64,000 nucleotides of DNA from Salinispira sp. Its GTDB lineage: Bacteria > Spirochaetota > Spirochaetia > DSM-27196 > Salinispiraceae. The translations under genes and the position numbers were made by a program. Below are positions 37,066 through 45,963 of the stretch, one piece after another; position 1 is the first letter of the stretch, and each line of letters opens with the position of its first letter. The DNA lies in assembly GCA_965602015.1 (NCBI GenBank), contig OZ271918.1:3648001-3712000 (forward strand), written 5' to 3'. The notes beneath the pieces are model-generated. The model saw only the letters and a program-made list of their open reading frames with translations, ran no database searches and was not told the DNA's origin.

Positions 37066-37260
37066 AATTCCCTCCATTGTTCTTACATAAGGTACCATGG
37101 TACCTGTGAGATGGCAATTTTGCCCCGGTTGCGCGCTGTTTCGATACACGCCGCGCAAAGTGTATAAATGAATGCGATTCAGGATTATAGGGTGACAGAA
37201 CCCTTTTCGCAAGGGTATTCTGCATGGGTCCGGCGGCAGAACGGCCGGTGAGGAGGTCGT

Positions 37261-37938
37261 ATGAACTGGCTATTGATGGCGGGGCTGACAGCCCTCGGGT
37301 ACCTGCTCGGTTCGTTTCCCACGAGCATCATTGCCGGAAGACTCGCCAAGGGCATAGATATTCGGGAGCACGGAAGCGGCAATGCCGGCGCGACCAACAC
37401 GGTCAGGGTTCTCGGCGGCCGCTGGGGCATTGCCGTCGGCCTGGTGGATCTGGCCAAAGGCTGGCTCGCGGCATTTCTTCCCATGGCATTCGGCGCCCCC
37501 CTGTTTATTCAGGTGCTTGCCGGGGTGGCCGCAGTGGCGGGCCACGCGTTTCCGCTTTTCGCCGGATTCCGCGGGGGTAAGGGTGTAGCCACCGGGGCCG
37601 GCATGCTCCTGAGCCTGTATCCCCTGGCCTTTGTCATCTGCCTGTCGGTCTTTACGGTTTTGCTGTTCCTCACCGGGATGGTCTCCGTCGGGAGCATTGC
37701 CGCGGCGCTGACCCTTCCGACGGCGGTGCTGTTCACCGGCGGGGCGTTTTCGTCTATGAGGAACGGCTCCTGGGCATTGGTCAGCCGGGGAGATCTCAGC
37801 GAGATAGGGTTCTGGCTGTTCAGTCTTCTTCTCGGACTATTCGTGATCTTCCTGCACCGCAAAAATATCGGAAGGATATTTCGGGGCGAGGAGCGCCGTT
37901 TCGAAAAGATTTGGCTTCTAAAACCGCGGAGCAAGTAA
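37261..37938 (+). CDS. plsY: Glycerol-3-phosphate acyltransferase PlsY
   Basis: GYLLGS, GSGNAGATN, DLAKG, GHAFP, GGKGVAT and HRKNI motifs. Confidence 0.96.
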   Translation: MNWLLMAGLTALGYLLGSFPTSIIAGRLAKGIDIREHGSGNAGATNTVRVLGGRWGIAVGLVDLAKGWLAAFLPMAFGAPLFIQVLAGVAAVAGHAFPLFAGFRGGKGVATGAGMLLSLYPLAFVICLSVFTVLLFLTGMVSVGSIAAALTLPTAVLFTGGAFSSMRNGSWALVSRGDLSEIGFWLFSLLLGLFVIFLHRKNIGRIFRGEERRFEKIWLLKPRSK

Positions 37939-37999
37939 GGGCCGCAGCCAGAACCGAACTTTACTGGCAATCCTCCCGGGCTGAGAGTACAATGGTGAT

Positions 38000-38983
38000 A
38001 TGACACCGGATCAGCTCGGGCTCCCCACGATCATCATTCCTTACCCCGGGCCGTCTGAAGCATGGGGAGAGCAGGACATCTTTGTATATCTCCGCCCGGA
38101 AACAAACGGCGTGCTCGTTGAGAGCACCATGCTCAAGGTTATCAAATCAGCCGAAGAATACTCCTCAGCCATGAAGCTGGTATACATGGCGAATTTCCCC
38201 GGGGAATTCATCGTAAAAAATAACATTATAGAGCAGTACTATGCCCTCAAGCTGCATTTCGCCGTCATGGGGGCCAGGGCATTTACGGCGCCGATGAAGC
38301 GGCGTTTTAGCAGGTATTTTCACCGGGATTTTGAGTCAGCGGAAATAATCGGCGCATTTCAGGCTCTGCAGCGCTTTGACATGAAGCCCGAAGAGCTTTT
38401 CGGGCTTTGGGTCTCCGACGAAGACGTGGCCACCATAGCGGGTCAGTCCGTTAAGCGGGTGCGAGGAGCCTTCGTGGTCAATTACGACATCCCCGCGCTG
38501 CTCGATAAAAACAATAAAGGCACCGACATTGCCATCATGGTCTTCCGCACCAAACTGGGGTATTCCCATGTGCGGGGTCTGGTTCGGTCCATGCATTCCG
38601 CCCTGGTGAACGGAGGCATCATCAATCCGAAGTTCGATCCTTCCCGGGCTTTTCATTACTCGAAGGGTCCCTTCGAACAGATTATGGACGGTATCGGGTA
38701 CCTCTATACTCAAAACCGTCAGAAAATACACATGAAGGACTTTACCTTCGCCCACTATCTTATGGAACAGGGCATAGACGACCGGATTATCTGCGGCTGC
38801 CTCATGAATCCCATTGTCGGCATCGAGGATGATGACGGCGGTGTCGATGAAATCAACCTTTTTCAGCACACCTCCGGAATGAACTACAGCGAAGCCTTTT
38901 CCACCCTCCAACGGGTGCGGCATCAGACCATACTCATCCACCATGGGCCGCTTCTGCAGACCATCTGTCCCTGCTTTAACTGA
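38000..38983 (+). CDS. Conserved hypothetical protein, possibly divergent NDK-like
   Basis: IFVYLRPE near the N-terminus and AFHYSKGPFE later resemble the NDK KP and H-x-S motifs. Recognised by eye only. Confidence 0.55.
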   Translation: MTPDQLGLPTIIIPYPGPSEAWGEQDIFVYLRPETNGVLVESTMLKVIKSAEEYSSAMKLVYMANFPGEFIVKNNIIEQYYALKLHFAVMGARAFTAPMKRRFSRYFHRDFESAEIIGAFQALQRFDMKPEELFGLWVSDEDVATIAGQSVKRVRGAFVVNYDIPALLDKNNKGTDIAIMVFRTKLGYSHVRGLVRSMHSALVNGGIINPKFDPSRAFHYSKGPFEQIMDGIGYLYTQNRQKIHMKDFTFAHYLMEQGIDDRIICGCLMNPIVGIEDDDGGVDEINLFQHTSGMNYSEAFSTLQRVRHQTILIHHGPLLQTICPCFN

Positions 38984-39542
38984 CGATTTTTACTTCCGAC
39001 ATAATTGCAAGACCGCCGATCTCTATTACCGGCGCCCCCGGAAGGGATTCGGGGTTTCTGTCCTTCCGTTTGATTTCAGCGAGAATAGGCGAGACATTGC
39101 TGATGAGGGCTACCCCTTCAGGCACCCGTATTTCCACTTCCGCCATAAGGCTGTAAATCTGGATTTTTGTCTCAGGGTATAGCCGCACGTCCCGGAGGTC
39201 GCAGCTCACCGAACCCATGAGCGCCTGGATGAGCACGCTGTCTTTGCGCAGCCAGTTTCCCGTGAGATCCTGTTCGCCCATAATTGCCAGAACCCGCTGC
39301 CGGTCTCGCCCTTCGGTTATGTCGCCGCTGGGCCGGCGCTGGGGATAATTGCCCGGGGAAGGCGCCCGGGGGGACTTCTTCAAATCGGCGATGACGAGCT
39401 CCAGATCTGTACTGTTTTCCGCGGCATTCGCCCGTTCCACCCGGTGCTCGTATTCCTCGGTGGTGAGGATGTCCGACGCAAAGCATTCGGTCAGATATTG
39501 AATGATCTGTTCCCTGTGCTGTTCCATTGAATAGTCGGCCAT
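38976..39542 (-). CDS. DUF1707 (SHOCT-like) protein with LiaF-like C-terminal beta domain
   Basis: REQIIQYLTECFASDILTTEEYEHRVERA...LELVIADL, then MGSVSCDLR and VEIRVP. AAGGAG RBS before ATG 39542. Confidence 0.8.
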   Translation of the reverse strand: MADYSMEQHREQIIQYLTECFASDILTTEEYEHRVERANAAENSTDLELVIADLKKSPRAPSPGNYPQRRPSGDITEGRDRQRVLAIMGEQDLTGNWLRKDSVLIQALMGSVSCDLRDVRLYPETKIQIYSLMAEVEIRVPEGVALISNVSPILAEIKRKDRNPESLPGAPVIEIGGLAIMSEVKIVS

Positions 39543-39602
39543 GTCCCGCTCCTTTTTTCCGGAAAACCGCGTAGCGGCGGTATTTCCATTTATACTGATA
39601 AT

Positions 39603-41693
39603 ATGGCATCCGAAGAGTACAGTGTACATGATTTTCTCCGGGAAGTGATTCCCTTTCGCTTCCTTTCCCCTGCACAGGCAAGGCGGCTTTCCGATGCCGC
39701 AGCGGTGAAAGACTATGCGCCCGACGCAGAGCTGGCCGGTCCGCAGAGCAATCAGCATCAGGTCTGCCTGGTTCTCGCCGGCAGGCTGACCATGGAAACC
39801 GGTGCTGCCCCGGGGCAAACGGCTCATCTCGGACCGGGACAGTTCTTTGGGGAGCGGGAAACCGTGCTCGAGGGATGTCCCGTACCGTCGGTGAGGAGTA
39901 TCTCATCATGCCGGGTCGCTCATGTTCCCGGTGAATCATTTCTTTCCCTTCTCGATGGAAACTCTTCCTTCGCCCAGTCCCTCGCTGCGGGCTTTCGAGA
40001 TCGACAGGGGCTGTTTCACGCCTTCGACCGGTTCCGTGCGGAATTAATGCGCGGCGTTGCAATGGGACATTTTGAAATCGGGGACATACTCGAGCACTAT
40101 CAACATCTGGAACCCGCCCTTCACCCCCATGCCCATGATGGCGAAACGATCGATTTCGGCGGACTACTCTATGCGGTTCGCCGGTTGCCGGCAAATATCA
40201 GCCGCACCTTTGCCCTCTTGCTGAGGGATGAGCTCCCGGAAGTTTTCGACGAACCTGGCGAATACCTCCGGGACATCCCCACAATGGCCCGCCGGCGCTC
40301 GGTCTGGGAGGTCCTCCCCGGGAAGGACATGGTGCTGCTGCGAAGCGGACTCAGCGATTTGACGGACCTGATAAGCTGCCTCTGCCTGTACGCCGTCGAG
40401 GCGAGAAAGCTCAGGCGTCGGATATACGCAGGCAGGAGCTTTACCGTAATGAAAAACTGGCTTGCGGATGGCGGGAACTACGTTTCGCCGGGAGTCGAAA
40501 GTCTCCAGGTAGCGAAGACACTCTTGGACTCAATGGGATTCAGCGCCGGCGAAACCGATGAACTAGCCGCCATTTGGCCCGGTAAGACGATACAGCGTCT
40601 TCAGGAAATCGGTCTCCACCGTGAGATGTTTAGCATCGACGTGCGGCGGCATCGCAACCGTCACAACAGCAGGACGGCTGAGCTCTGGACGAGTCAGATA
40701 GCCGATGCTGTGCGCGCCCTCATCGGCGCGGATCCGGCGGATTTTGATCCGGATTTCCAGGTTCACATAGTGAGCAGCAACACCCATTCGGTACCCAATT
40801 GCCTGAACCCCTGGTATGGAGAAAACCGGGAAGTCCTGCTCACATGGGCACAGGACAGGGGCCACTCGGCCTGCCAGTTTCATTGGAATAATTCAATGGA
40901 TATGGTGTACGCCGTAGCTCGCGATTATTTTGCGGCGAATCCCTCAGCCATATCTGAGGTGAAATCCAGGGAGGCCGACCGAGGCATAGTCGCCGTCCCA
41001 AAAACCCTTGCTACGGGAATCGAAGTTCAGATCATCGATATGAAAAAGGCCTTTGCCGAAGGCATAGATGAACGAATAGACGAACGCATAAGCGCCGAAA
41101 GAAGCCCTGCCCGGGGTATCATTGTCAACATCGATTATGCATTCGGACAGCAGGCCGAAACGGTATTGCGAAGTCTTTTGCTGCTTTTTCACCGTAATGT
41201 GAAATCGGTCAATTTCCTCGGGAAGGCTGGAGCCCTTCGGGGAAGCCGCGGGGATGTGCTGGCCCCCACCTGCTTTATTCAGCAGCTTGGAGATGAGGTG
41301 CAGGAGATTATTCCGGTTCATACCGGCTCGCTTGAACGCATGCGTGTGCTTATGGGAAGCGGGCGTGTCCATAGCGGCCCCATGGTCACCGTAGAGGGAA
41401 CCCTGCTGCAGAACCGGATTATGCTGCATTATTACCGCCGGCTCTGGGGCGCCGTGGGCATCGAGATGGAGGGGGCCTATTATCATCATCAACTCTGCGA
41501 GGGAAAAAGGACGGGGATTATCCCGGAACATATCGAGCAGCGGTACTTCTATTATGTCTCTGATCTGCCGTTGGGGAACGCTCACAATCTCTCGGTGCCC
41601 ATGGCCGCCGCAGAAGGCGTGCCGCCGCTGTACGCCATAACCGCCGAGGTTTTACGGGGTATTGCCGGAGGATCAGCCGAGGATATCGGATAG
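39603..41693 (+). CDS. cNMP-binding domain fused to AMP-nucleosidase/PNP-like (DUF6909-like) domain
   Basis: N-terminal CNBD (PFRFLS, VLAGRL, LGPGQFFGE). C-terminal HIVSSNTHS, IDYAFGQQA, GKAGAL..GDVLAP, GTLLQN, IEMEGA and VSDLPL. Confidence 0.75.
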   Translation: MASEEYSVHDFLREVIPFRFLSPAQARRLSDAAAVKDYAPDAELAGPQSNQHQVCLVLAGRLTMETGAAPGQTAHLGPGQFFGERETVLEGCPVPSVRSISSCRVAHVPGESFLSLLDGNSSFAQSLAAGFRDRQGLFHAFDRFRAELMRGVAMGHFEIGDILEHYQHLEPALHPHAHDGETIDFGGLLYAVRRLPANISRTFALLLRDELPEVFDEPGEYLRDIPTMARRRSVWEVLPGKDMVLLRSGLSDLTDLISCLCLYAVEARKLRRRIYAGRSFTVMKNWLADGGNYVSPGVESLQVAKTLLDSMGFSAGETDELAAIWPGKTIQRLQEIGLHREMFSIDVRRHRNRHNSRTAELWTSQIADAVRALIGADPADFDPDFQVHIVSSNTHSVPNCLNPWYGENREVLLTWAQDRGHSACQFHWNNSMDMVYAVARDYFAANPSAISEVKSREADRGIVAVPKTLATGIEVQIIDMKKAFAEGIDERIDERISAERSPARGIIVNIDYAFGQQAETVLRSLLLLFHRNVKSVNFLGKAGALRGSRGDVLAPTCFIQQLGDEVQEIIPVHTGSLERMRVLMGSGRVHSGPMVTVEGTLLQNRIMLHYYRRLWGAVGIEMEGAYYHHQLCEGKRTGIIPEHIEQRYFYYVSDLPLGNAHNLSVPMAAAEGVPPLYAITAEVLRGIAGGSAEDIG

Positions 41694-43202
41694 AAGATAC
41701 AACAGGGTGGATGCTTCGACGGGACGTTCGACCAGTTCGTCGAAGGGAAGGGTGCCGGGATTCTCAGGTCCGACGAGGCTGATCTGTTCGGTTATTGCAA
41801 TAATCGCGCCCCCGTCGCCTTGAGCCCTGCGATCGCCGATTGACCGCTGTTTCATTTGCCGCACAAGTTCAGCGCCTCCCAGGTTTTCATCATCAATATC
41901 AATGATCATGGCGTCGAATACGGCGAATTCCAGGCTGCTGGCCAAATCCTCGGGGTTGTCGCTGCTAACGACGATGTGCCCCTGGTCTCCCAGGTCGTTG
42001 ATGAGCGCGCTGATATCCTCAGTGTTCGCAGCGGCCACCAGAATTCTGAGCTTCGCCAGCAGTGGGGATTCGGGCATGGGAGATATTGCCAGGGCAGCCT
42101 CGCTGCTGCGGGGCAGTGCGACGGTCAGGAAGAAACTCGTTCCCATGTTTTTCGCGGTTTCGAAATACAGCTGGGCATTTATCAGTCCGGCGAGCCTCCT
42201 GGCAATGGGCAGTCCCATGCCAAACCGCCCGAGGATATTGTCGCCGCCGAGATTCCACAGGCGCCGCTGCAGTTCGGCATCGATTCCCGGACCGGTATCG
42301 CGAACTTCGACGGTAATTTCCGCCAGGTAGTCCGACAGCAAATCTTCCCGGACGATCATATCGACCTGACCCTCTGTGGTAAACTCAATGGCGTTGGTGA
42401 GCATGGTTTCAAGAATCTGCTTGAGAACCCGCTGGTCGCCGCTGTACAATCCCGGTCTGTCCATGGTGTTCCGCAGGAAAAACCCCAAATTTTTATCGGC
42501 GGCCAGCGGCGAGTAGCGGTCGGATAGATCTTCCAGCATGGCGGGAAAGGAAAAAATGACGTTCTCTGCCGCCTTACCCCCGTTTTCAAGGGCGCTGTAT
42601 TTGCCGAGATTCTCCAGCAAGCGGCGGATTTCCGCAGCGCTTTTGCTGAGGGTTGCCGACAGATTGAGGGCCGTATCGTATTTTGATAATTCTAAAGCCT
42701 CCCGGAGCAATGTGCTCAGCTTGTACATGCTGTTTGCCGGGTTTCTCAATTCTCCAGCCAATTGGGCGATAATCCGCGACTGGCGCTCCCGTTCCCGCTG
42801 AGCTTCTTCCTGCAGCATGAGGATTTCATCCCGCTCTCTCCTCCGGCCGTCGCTCAGCGAAGCGGATATCATAAAAAAATCTTCGCCGTTCGACTCGACC
42901 CTCTGCGAAAAGAGTCTGGCAAAGTGCTCCTGGCCGTCCCGGCTCCTGACCTGGATTTCCTCAGCCTCGCCCCGGCCGCTTTGCCGAACCCGGCGAAACA
43001 GTGCATCGAGGGTCTCCCTGTGGGCTTGGGAGATGAACTCCGCGAAATCCCGAAGCTTGAGCTGTTCGCCGCTGTGAAGGCCGAGGAGCGACCGGCCGGC
43101 AGCGTTGCACTCGACGAGTCTGCCGAGATTGTCCAGGAGCATGCTGGGCAGGGGGATATCTTCTATTGATATTCTGTGCGGTTCCGAGGGTTCTGTTCCC
43201 AT
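41673..43202 (-). CDS. PAS hybrid histidine kinase-like protein with degenerate phosphorelay residues
   Basis: PAS, HisKA-like region (LAGELRNP), HATPase (TNAIEFT, DTGPGI, GMGL), REC-like C-terminus. Confidence 0.8.
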   Translation of the reverse strand: MGTEPSEPHRISIEDIPLPSMLLDNLGRLVECNAAGRSLLGLHSGEQLKLRDFAEFISQAHRETLDALFRRVRQSGRGEAEEIQVRSRDGQEHFARLFSQRVESNGEDFFMISASLSDGRRRERDEILMLQEEAQRERERQSRIIAQLAGELRNPANSMYKLSTLLREALELSKYDTALNLSATLSKSAAEIRRLLENLGKYSALENGGKAAENVIFSFPAMLEDLSDRYSPLAADKNLGFFLRNTMDRPGLYSGDQRVLKQILETMLTNAIEFTTEGQVDMIVREDLLSDYLAEITVEVRDTGPGIDAELQRRLWNLGGDNILGRFGMGLPIARRLAGLINAQLYFETAKNMGTSFFLTVALPRSSEAALAISPMPESPLLAKLRILVAAANTEDISALINDLGDQGHIVVSSDNPEDLASSLEFAVFDAMIIDIDDENLGGAELVRQMKQRSIGDRRAQGDGGAIIAITEQISLVGPENPGTLPFDELVERPVEASTLLYLLSDILG

Positions 43203-43232
43203 GGTATCACCAAGTATAGCGTATAGCCGGTA

Positions 43233-43835
43233 TCAGCGTGAAACCTCCCGGATATATTCGAGAAAGGCGGGGTATTCTGTAAATACCGGATAATCCGGTT
43301 CTTCACGGGTAATCGACTCGGGGGGGCGGAAAAACGCTCCCCTGTCTGCGGTTTTTATCATGGAGAGATCGTTGTAGGAATCGCCGGCTGCCAGAACTCT
43401 GAGGTTCATTGCTTGAAAACCAATAACTGCCCGCCGCTTGCCGTCCTCCTGCCGGAGGGTGAAATCAACAATACTGCCGTCAGCGTCTATAATGAGGTCA
43501 TTGCAGAACAGGGTGGGCCAGTTGAGCTGCTTCATAAGCGGGGCTGCGAATGGTTTGAAGGTATCCGAGAGAATTACCACCTGCCGCTCGCTACGAAGAG
43601 TGTCGAGGAACTCAACGGCGCCTTCCATCGGCGACATGCCACCGATGACGCTCTGAATGTCCGATATTCCGAGCCGGTTCCGTTTGAGGATTTCTAACCG
43701 ACCGGTCATCAGCTTCCGGTAATCCGGCTCATCCCTGGTAGTGCGGCGAAGTTCTTCGATGCCCGTGCGTTCGGCGAGATTGATCCAAATTTCCGGTACC
43801 AGGACCCCTTCCAGGTCGAGACAAATCAGATCCAT
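43233..43835 (-). CDS. thrH: Phosphoserine phosphatase / homoserine phosphotransferase (HAD)
   Basis: CLDLEGVLVPEIW, TTRDEPDY, ILSDTF and GDSYND motifs. Confidence 0.93.
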   Translation of the reverse strand: MDLICLDLEGVLVPEIWINLAERTGIEELRRTTRDEPDYRKLMTGRLEILKRNRLGISDIQSVIGGMSPMEGAVEFLDTLRSERQVVILSDTFKPFAAPLMKQLNWPTLFCNDLIIDADGSIVDFTLRQEDGKRRAVIGFQAMNLRVLAAGDSYNDLSMIKTADRGAFFRPPESITREEPDYPVFTEYPAFLEYIREVSR

Positions 43836-43839
43836 TAAT

Positions 43840-44742
43840 TCACTCTCCAATACTGGCTGCGTTTTCGTGGTGAATCATAATCATAAAGATGGTGCCCGCG
43901 GCTATCAATCCCATTGAGGGGTAAAAAATCGGGGTGGGAAGCTCGCCGTACAAAAGCCAGGCCAGAATTCCCGCCCACAGGAATTGGCTGAGCTGACCGA
44001 CCCCGACGATTTGGCTGGGAATCTGCCGCATCGCCCTATTGATTAGATTATGGCCGATGATTGTGGAAACCAGAGTGAGTCCGATAACGGGAAAAACATC
44101 AACGATTCCCCTATCGCTCCACAGCTCGGCGCCCAGGGCAAGATCCGCCGTAAACGAGGTAACTCCGCCAATGAGGTATACGCCCCAGATGTAATACCAG
44201 AACGGCAGGTCTTTATTCCGGCGGGACAGTGCGAGGTAGAAGGTGAGAAACAGCATTGAAATAAACGCGAACAGATTGCCCCGGAGGTGATCGCTTCCCA
44301 GGGAGAGGTCTCCCAGGCTCAGCAGGACCGCACCGGAAATCGCCAGCGCCGTCGCCAATGCTTCCTTGGCGCCGGGTTTTTCCCCGGTGAGGAAAAATAC
44401 CGCAAGGGGCATGACCACCGGCGTCATATTGACGAACAGGGTGGCGTTGGCGGCGATGGTCAGACGAGCTCCGGTATTCCAAAAAATGAAGTGAAGGCCC
44501 AGGAGCAAACCGGGGGCAAGACTGTGCCGAATCAGATGCACAAGCATACCGGCGCCGGTAATCCCCAAGCGCCGCGACAGTTCTGTGCTTTCCCGGTAAA
44601 AAAGGGGAAACATCAATATCGATGCGAGAAAAAGCCGGTATGCCGCCAGCATTCCCGGCGCCAACTGGGACTCCACGATAAAAAATATGGAAATCGCCGC
44701 GGCAATTTGGCCGGCGAACATAAGTACAATTTCTGCAAACAC
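43840..44742 (-). CDS. DMT/EamA family transporter
   Basis: About 10 TM helices in two EamA repeats (AAYRL, GLHF, TIIGH, GELP). Confidence 0.85.
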   Translation of the reverse strand: MFAEIVLMFAGQIAAAISIFFIVESQLAPGMLAAYRLFLASILMFPLFYRESTELSRRLGITGAGMLVHLIRHSLAPGLLLGLHFIFWNTGARLTIAANATLFVNMTPVVMPLAVFFLTGEKPGAKEALATALAISGAVLLSLGDLSLGSDHLRGNLFAFISMLFLTFYLALSRRNKDLPFWYYIWGVYLIGGVTSFTADLALGAELWSDRGIVDVFPVIGLTLVSTIIGHNLINRAMRQIPSQIVGVGQLSQFLWAGILAWLLYGELPTPIFYPSMGLIAAGTIFMIMIHHENAASIGE

Positions 44743-44782
44743 GGCAAACTATCTCATCGCTATGGGGTCGCGGTCAATGAGC

Positions 44783-45886
44783 TTATGTATTGTCTGCACC
44801 GCTCCCGTCCAAAAGCAGCTGGAGGCTGCGGGCATTCTGAACGGCTTGGCCGCGATGATGGTTGTTGAAAGCGATAAGCAGGGTCGATGAAGAGGCGGCA
44901 AGGGGCCTTAGCTCATCGGCGAATTCTTCCAACTCCTGAGGAGCATAGAGATAGTCGTAGCGGCTGACATTGGTTCCGGTCCACCAGTTCTCCCGGTTTC
45001 TTCCGTGAAAACGGATGTATACCGGGCCTGGGTCCCGGTCTCCCTCAGCGCCTCGCTTTTGTGCACGTCTGTCCCGGTCTCCCTCGGCGCCGACGGAGGC
45101 AGGCGCATGCGCAGGGCCTCGCTTTTGTGGGCGCCTGTCCTGGTCGTCGGCTTGCCGGCCGTCGGCATCCCGGTCGGTGGCTTGCCGATCGGTGCCTTGC
45201 CGGTCGCTGCCTTGCATTTCGTCGGCCTCCCGCCCGCCTTGGGTATGCCCTGTGCTCCGACGGATCATGTCGGACAGGTGACCGGGCAGGCCCGGAAGAT
45301 CGGGGCAGTCCTGGTAGACCGGGAAGAGGGAATACTCGGCCATGGCGGAGAAGACCGAGGGGCGGATCCAGTCGCCGTTTCGGAATTCCACAAAGAGGGG
45401 GCACCCGCCCGCTATTCCGAAGTCCGAACCCGGGGACCCAAGGGTTCCCCCGGGCAGGATGTCCGAGGCGATTTTGTGAAACAGCGCGGCTGCCGATGCC
45501 AGGTAGCGGCGGTTCTCCGTTTCGTAGCGGAAGCTCCAGGGAAACTGCGCGAGGATGCCCGTGAGCTTTCCCGCCGCTGCCAGGGGCGAAATGCCCGTTA
45601 GGTATGCCTTGACCTGCTGTCCGAGCGAGGGCCCTGACGGATTGGACCGCTCATGGGTTAGGCTTTGGTGGGTTTTTATGCTGAATCGAAAGTCGTCGTG
45701 GCTGCGCTTGGCCATGGAGGCGCAGAGCCCGGGCTTGGGAAGACGGTAGTAGCTGCTATTGATTTCGGTAAATGAGAAGTGCTTTTGAAATTCCCCGAGG
45801 AAGTCCCGGCTCGGGGTGCCCGGGGGATACACGGGGCCGACCCAGTCGCCGTAGGAATAGCCGGATGTGCCGATAAGGATTCCCAT
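44783..45886 (-). CDS. DUF72 domain protein with low-complexity insertion
   Basis: IGTSGYSY, EINSSYY, LAQFP, VEFR, YIRFHGR, YDYLY and FNNH motifs. Confidence 0.9.
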   Translation of the reverse strand: MGILIGTSGYSYGDWVGPVYPPGTPSRDFLGEFQKHFSFTEINSSYYRLPKPGLCASMAKRSHDDFRFSIKTHQSLTHERSNPSGPSLGQQVKAYLTGISPLAAAGKLTGILAQFPWSFRYETENRRYLASAAALFHKIASDILPGGTLGSPGSDFGIAGGCPLFVEFRNGDWIRPSVFSAMAEYSLFPVYQDCPDLPGLPGHLSDMIRRSTGHTQGGREADEMQGSDRQGTDRQATDRDADGRQADDQDRRPQKRGPAHAPASVGAEGDRDRRAQKRGAEGDRDPGPVYIRFHGRNRENWWTGTNVSRYDYLYAPQELEEFADELRPLAASSSTLLIAFNNHHRGQAVQNARSLQLLLDGSGADNT

Positions 45887-45963
45887 ACTAGCGTTCTCTT
45901 CTCTTTGATATTGTATGCAATTGCCCCATGGAATAATTATAATTAGGCAGAGAGGAGAATGTA

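Noticed and set aside
39603..43202. Calling the CNBD-nucleosidase and kinase pair a Detocs, Pycsar or CBASS system
   Set aside because: The genes are convergent, no cyclase or matching operon structure is present, and the surroundings are housekeeping genes.
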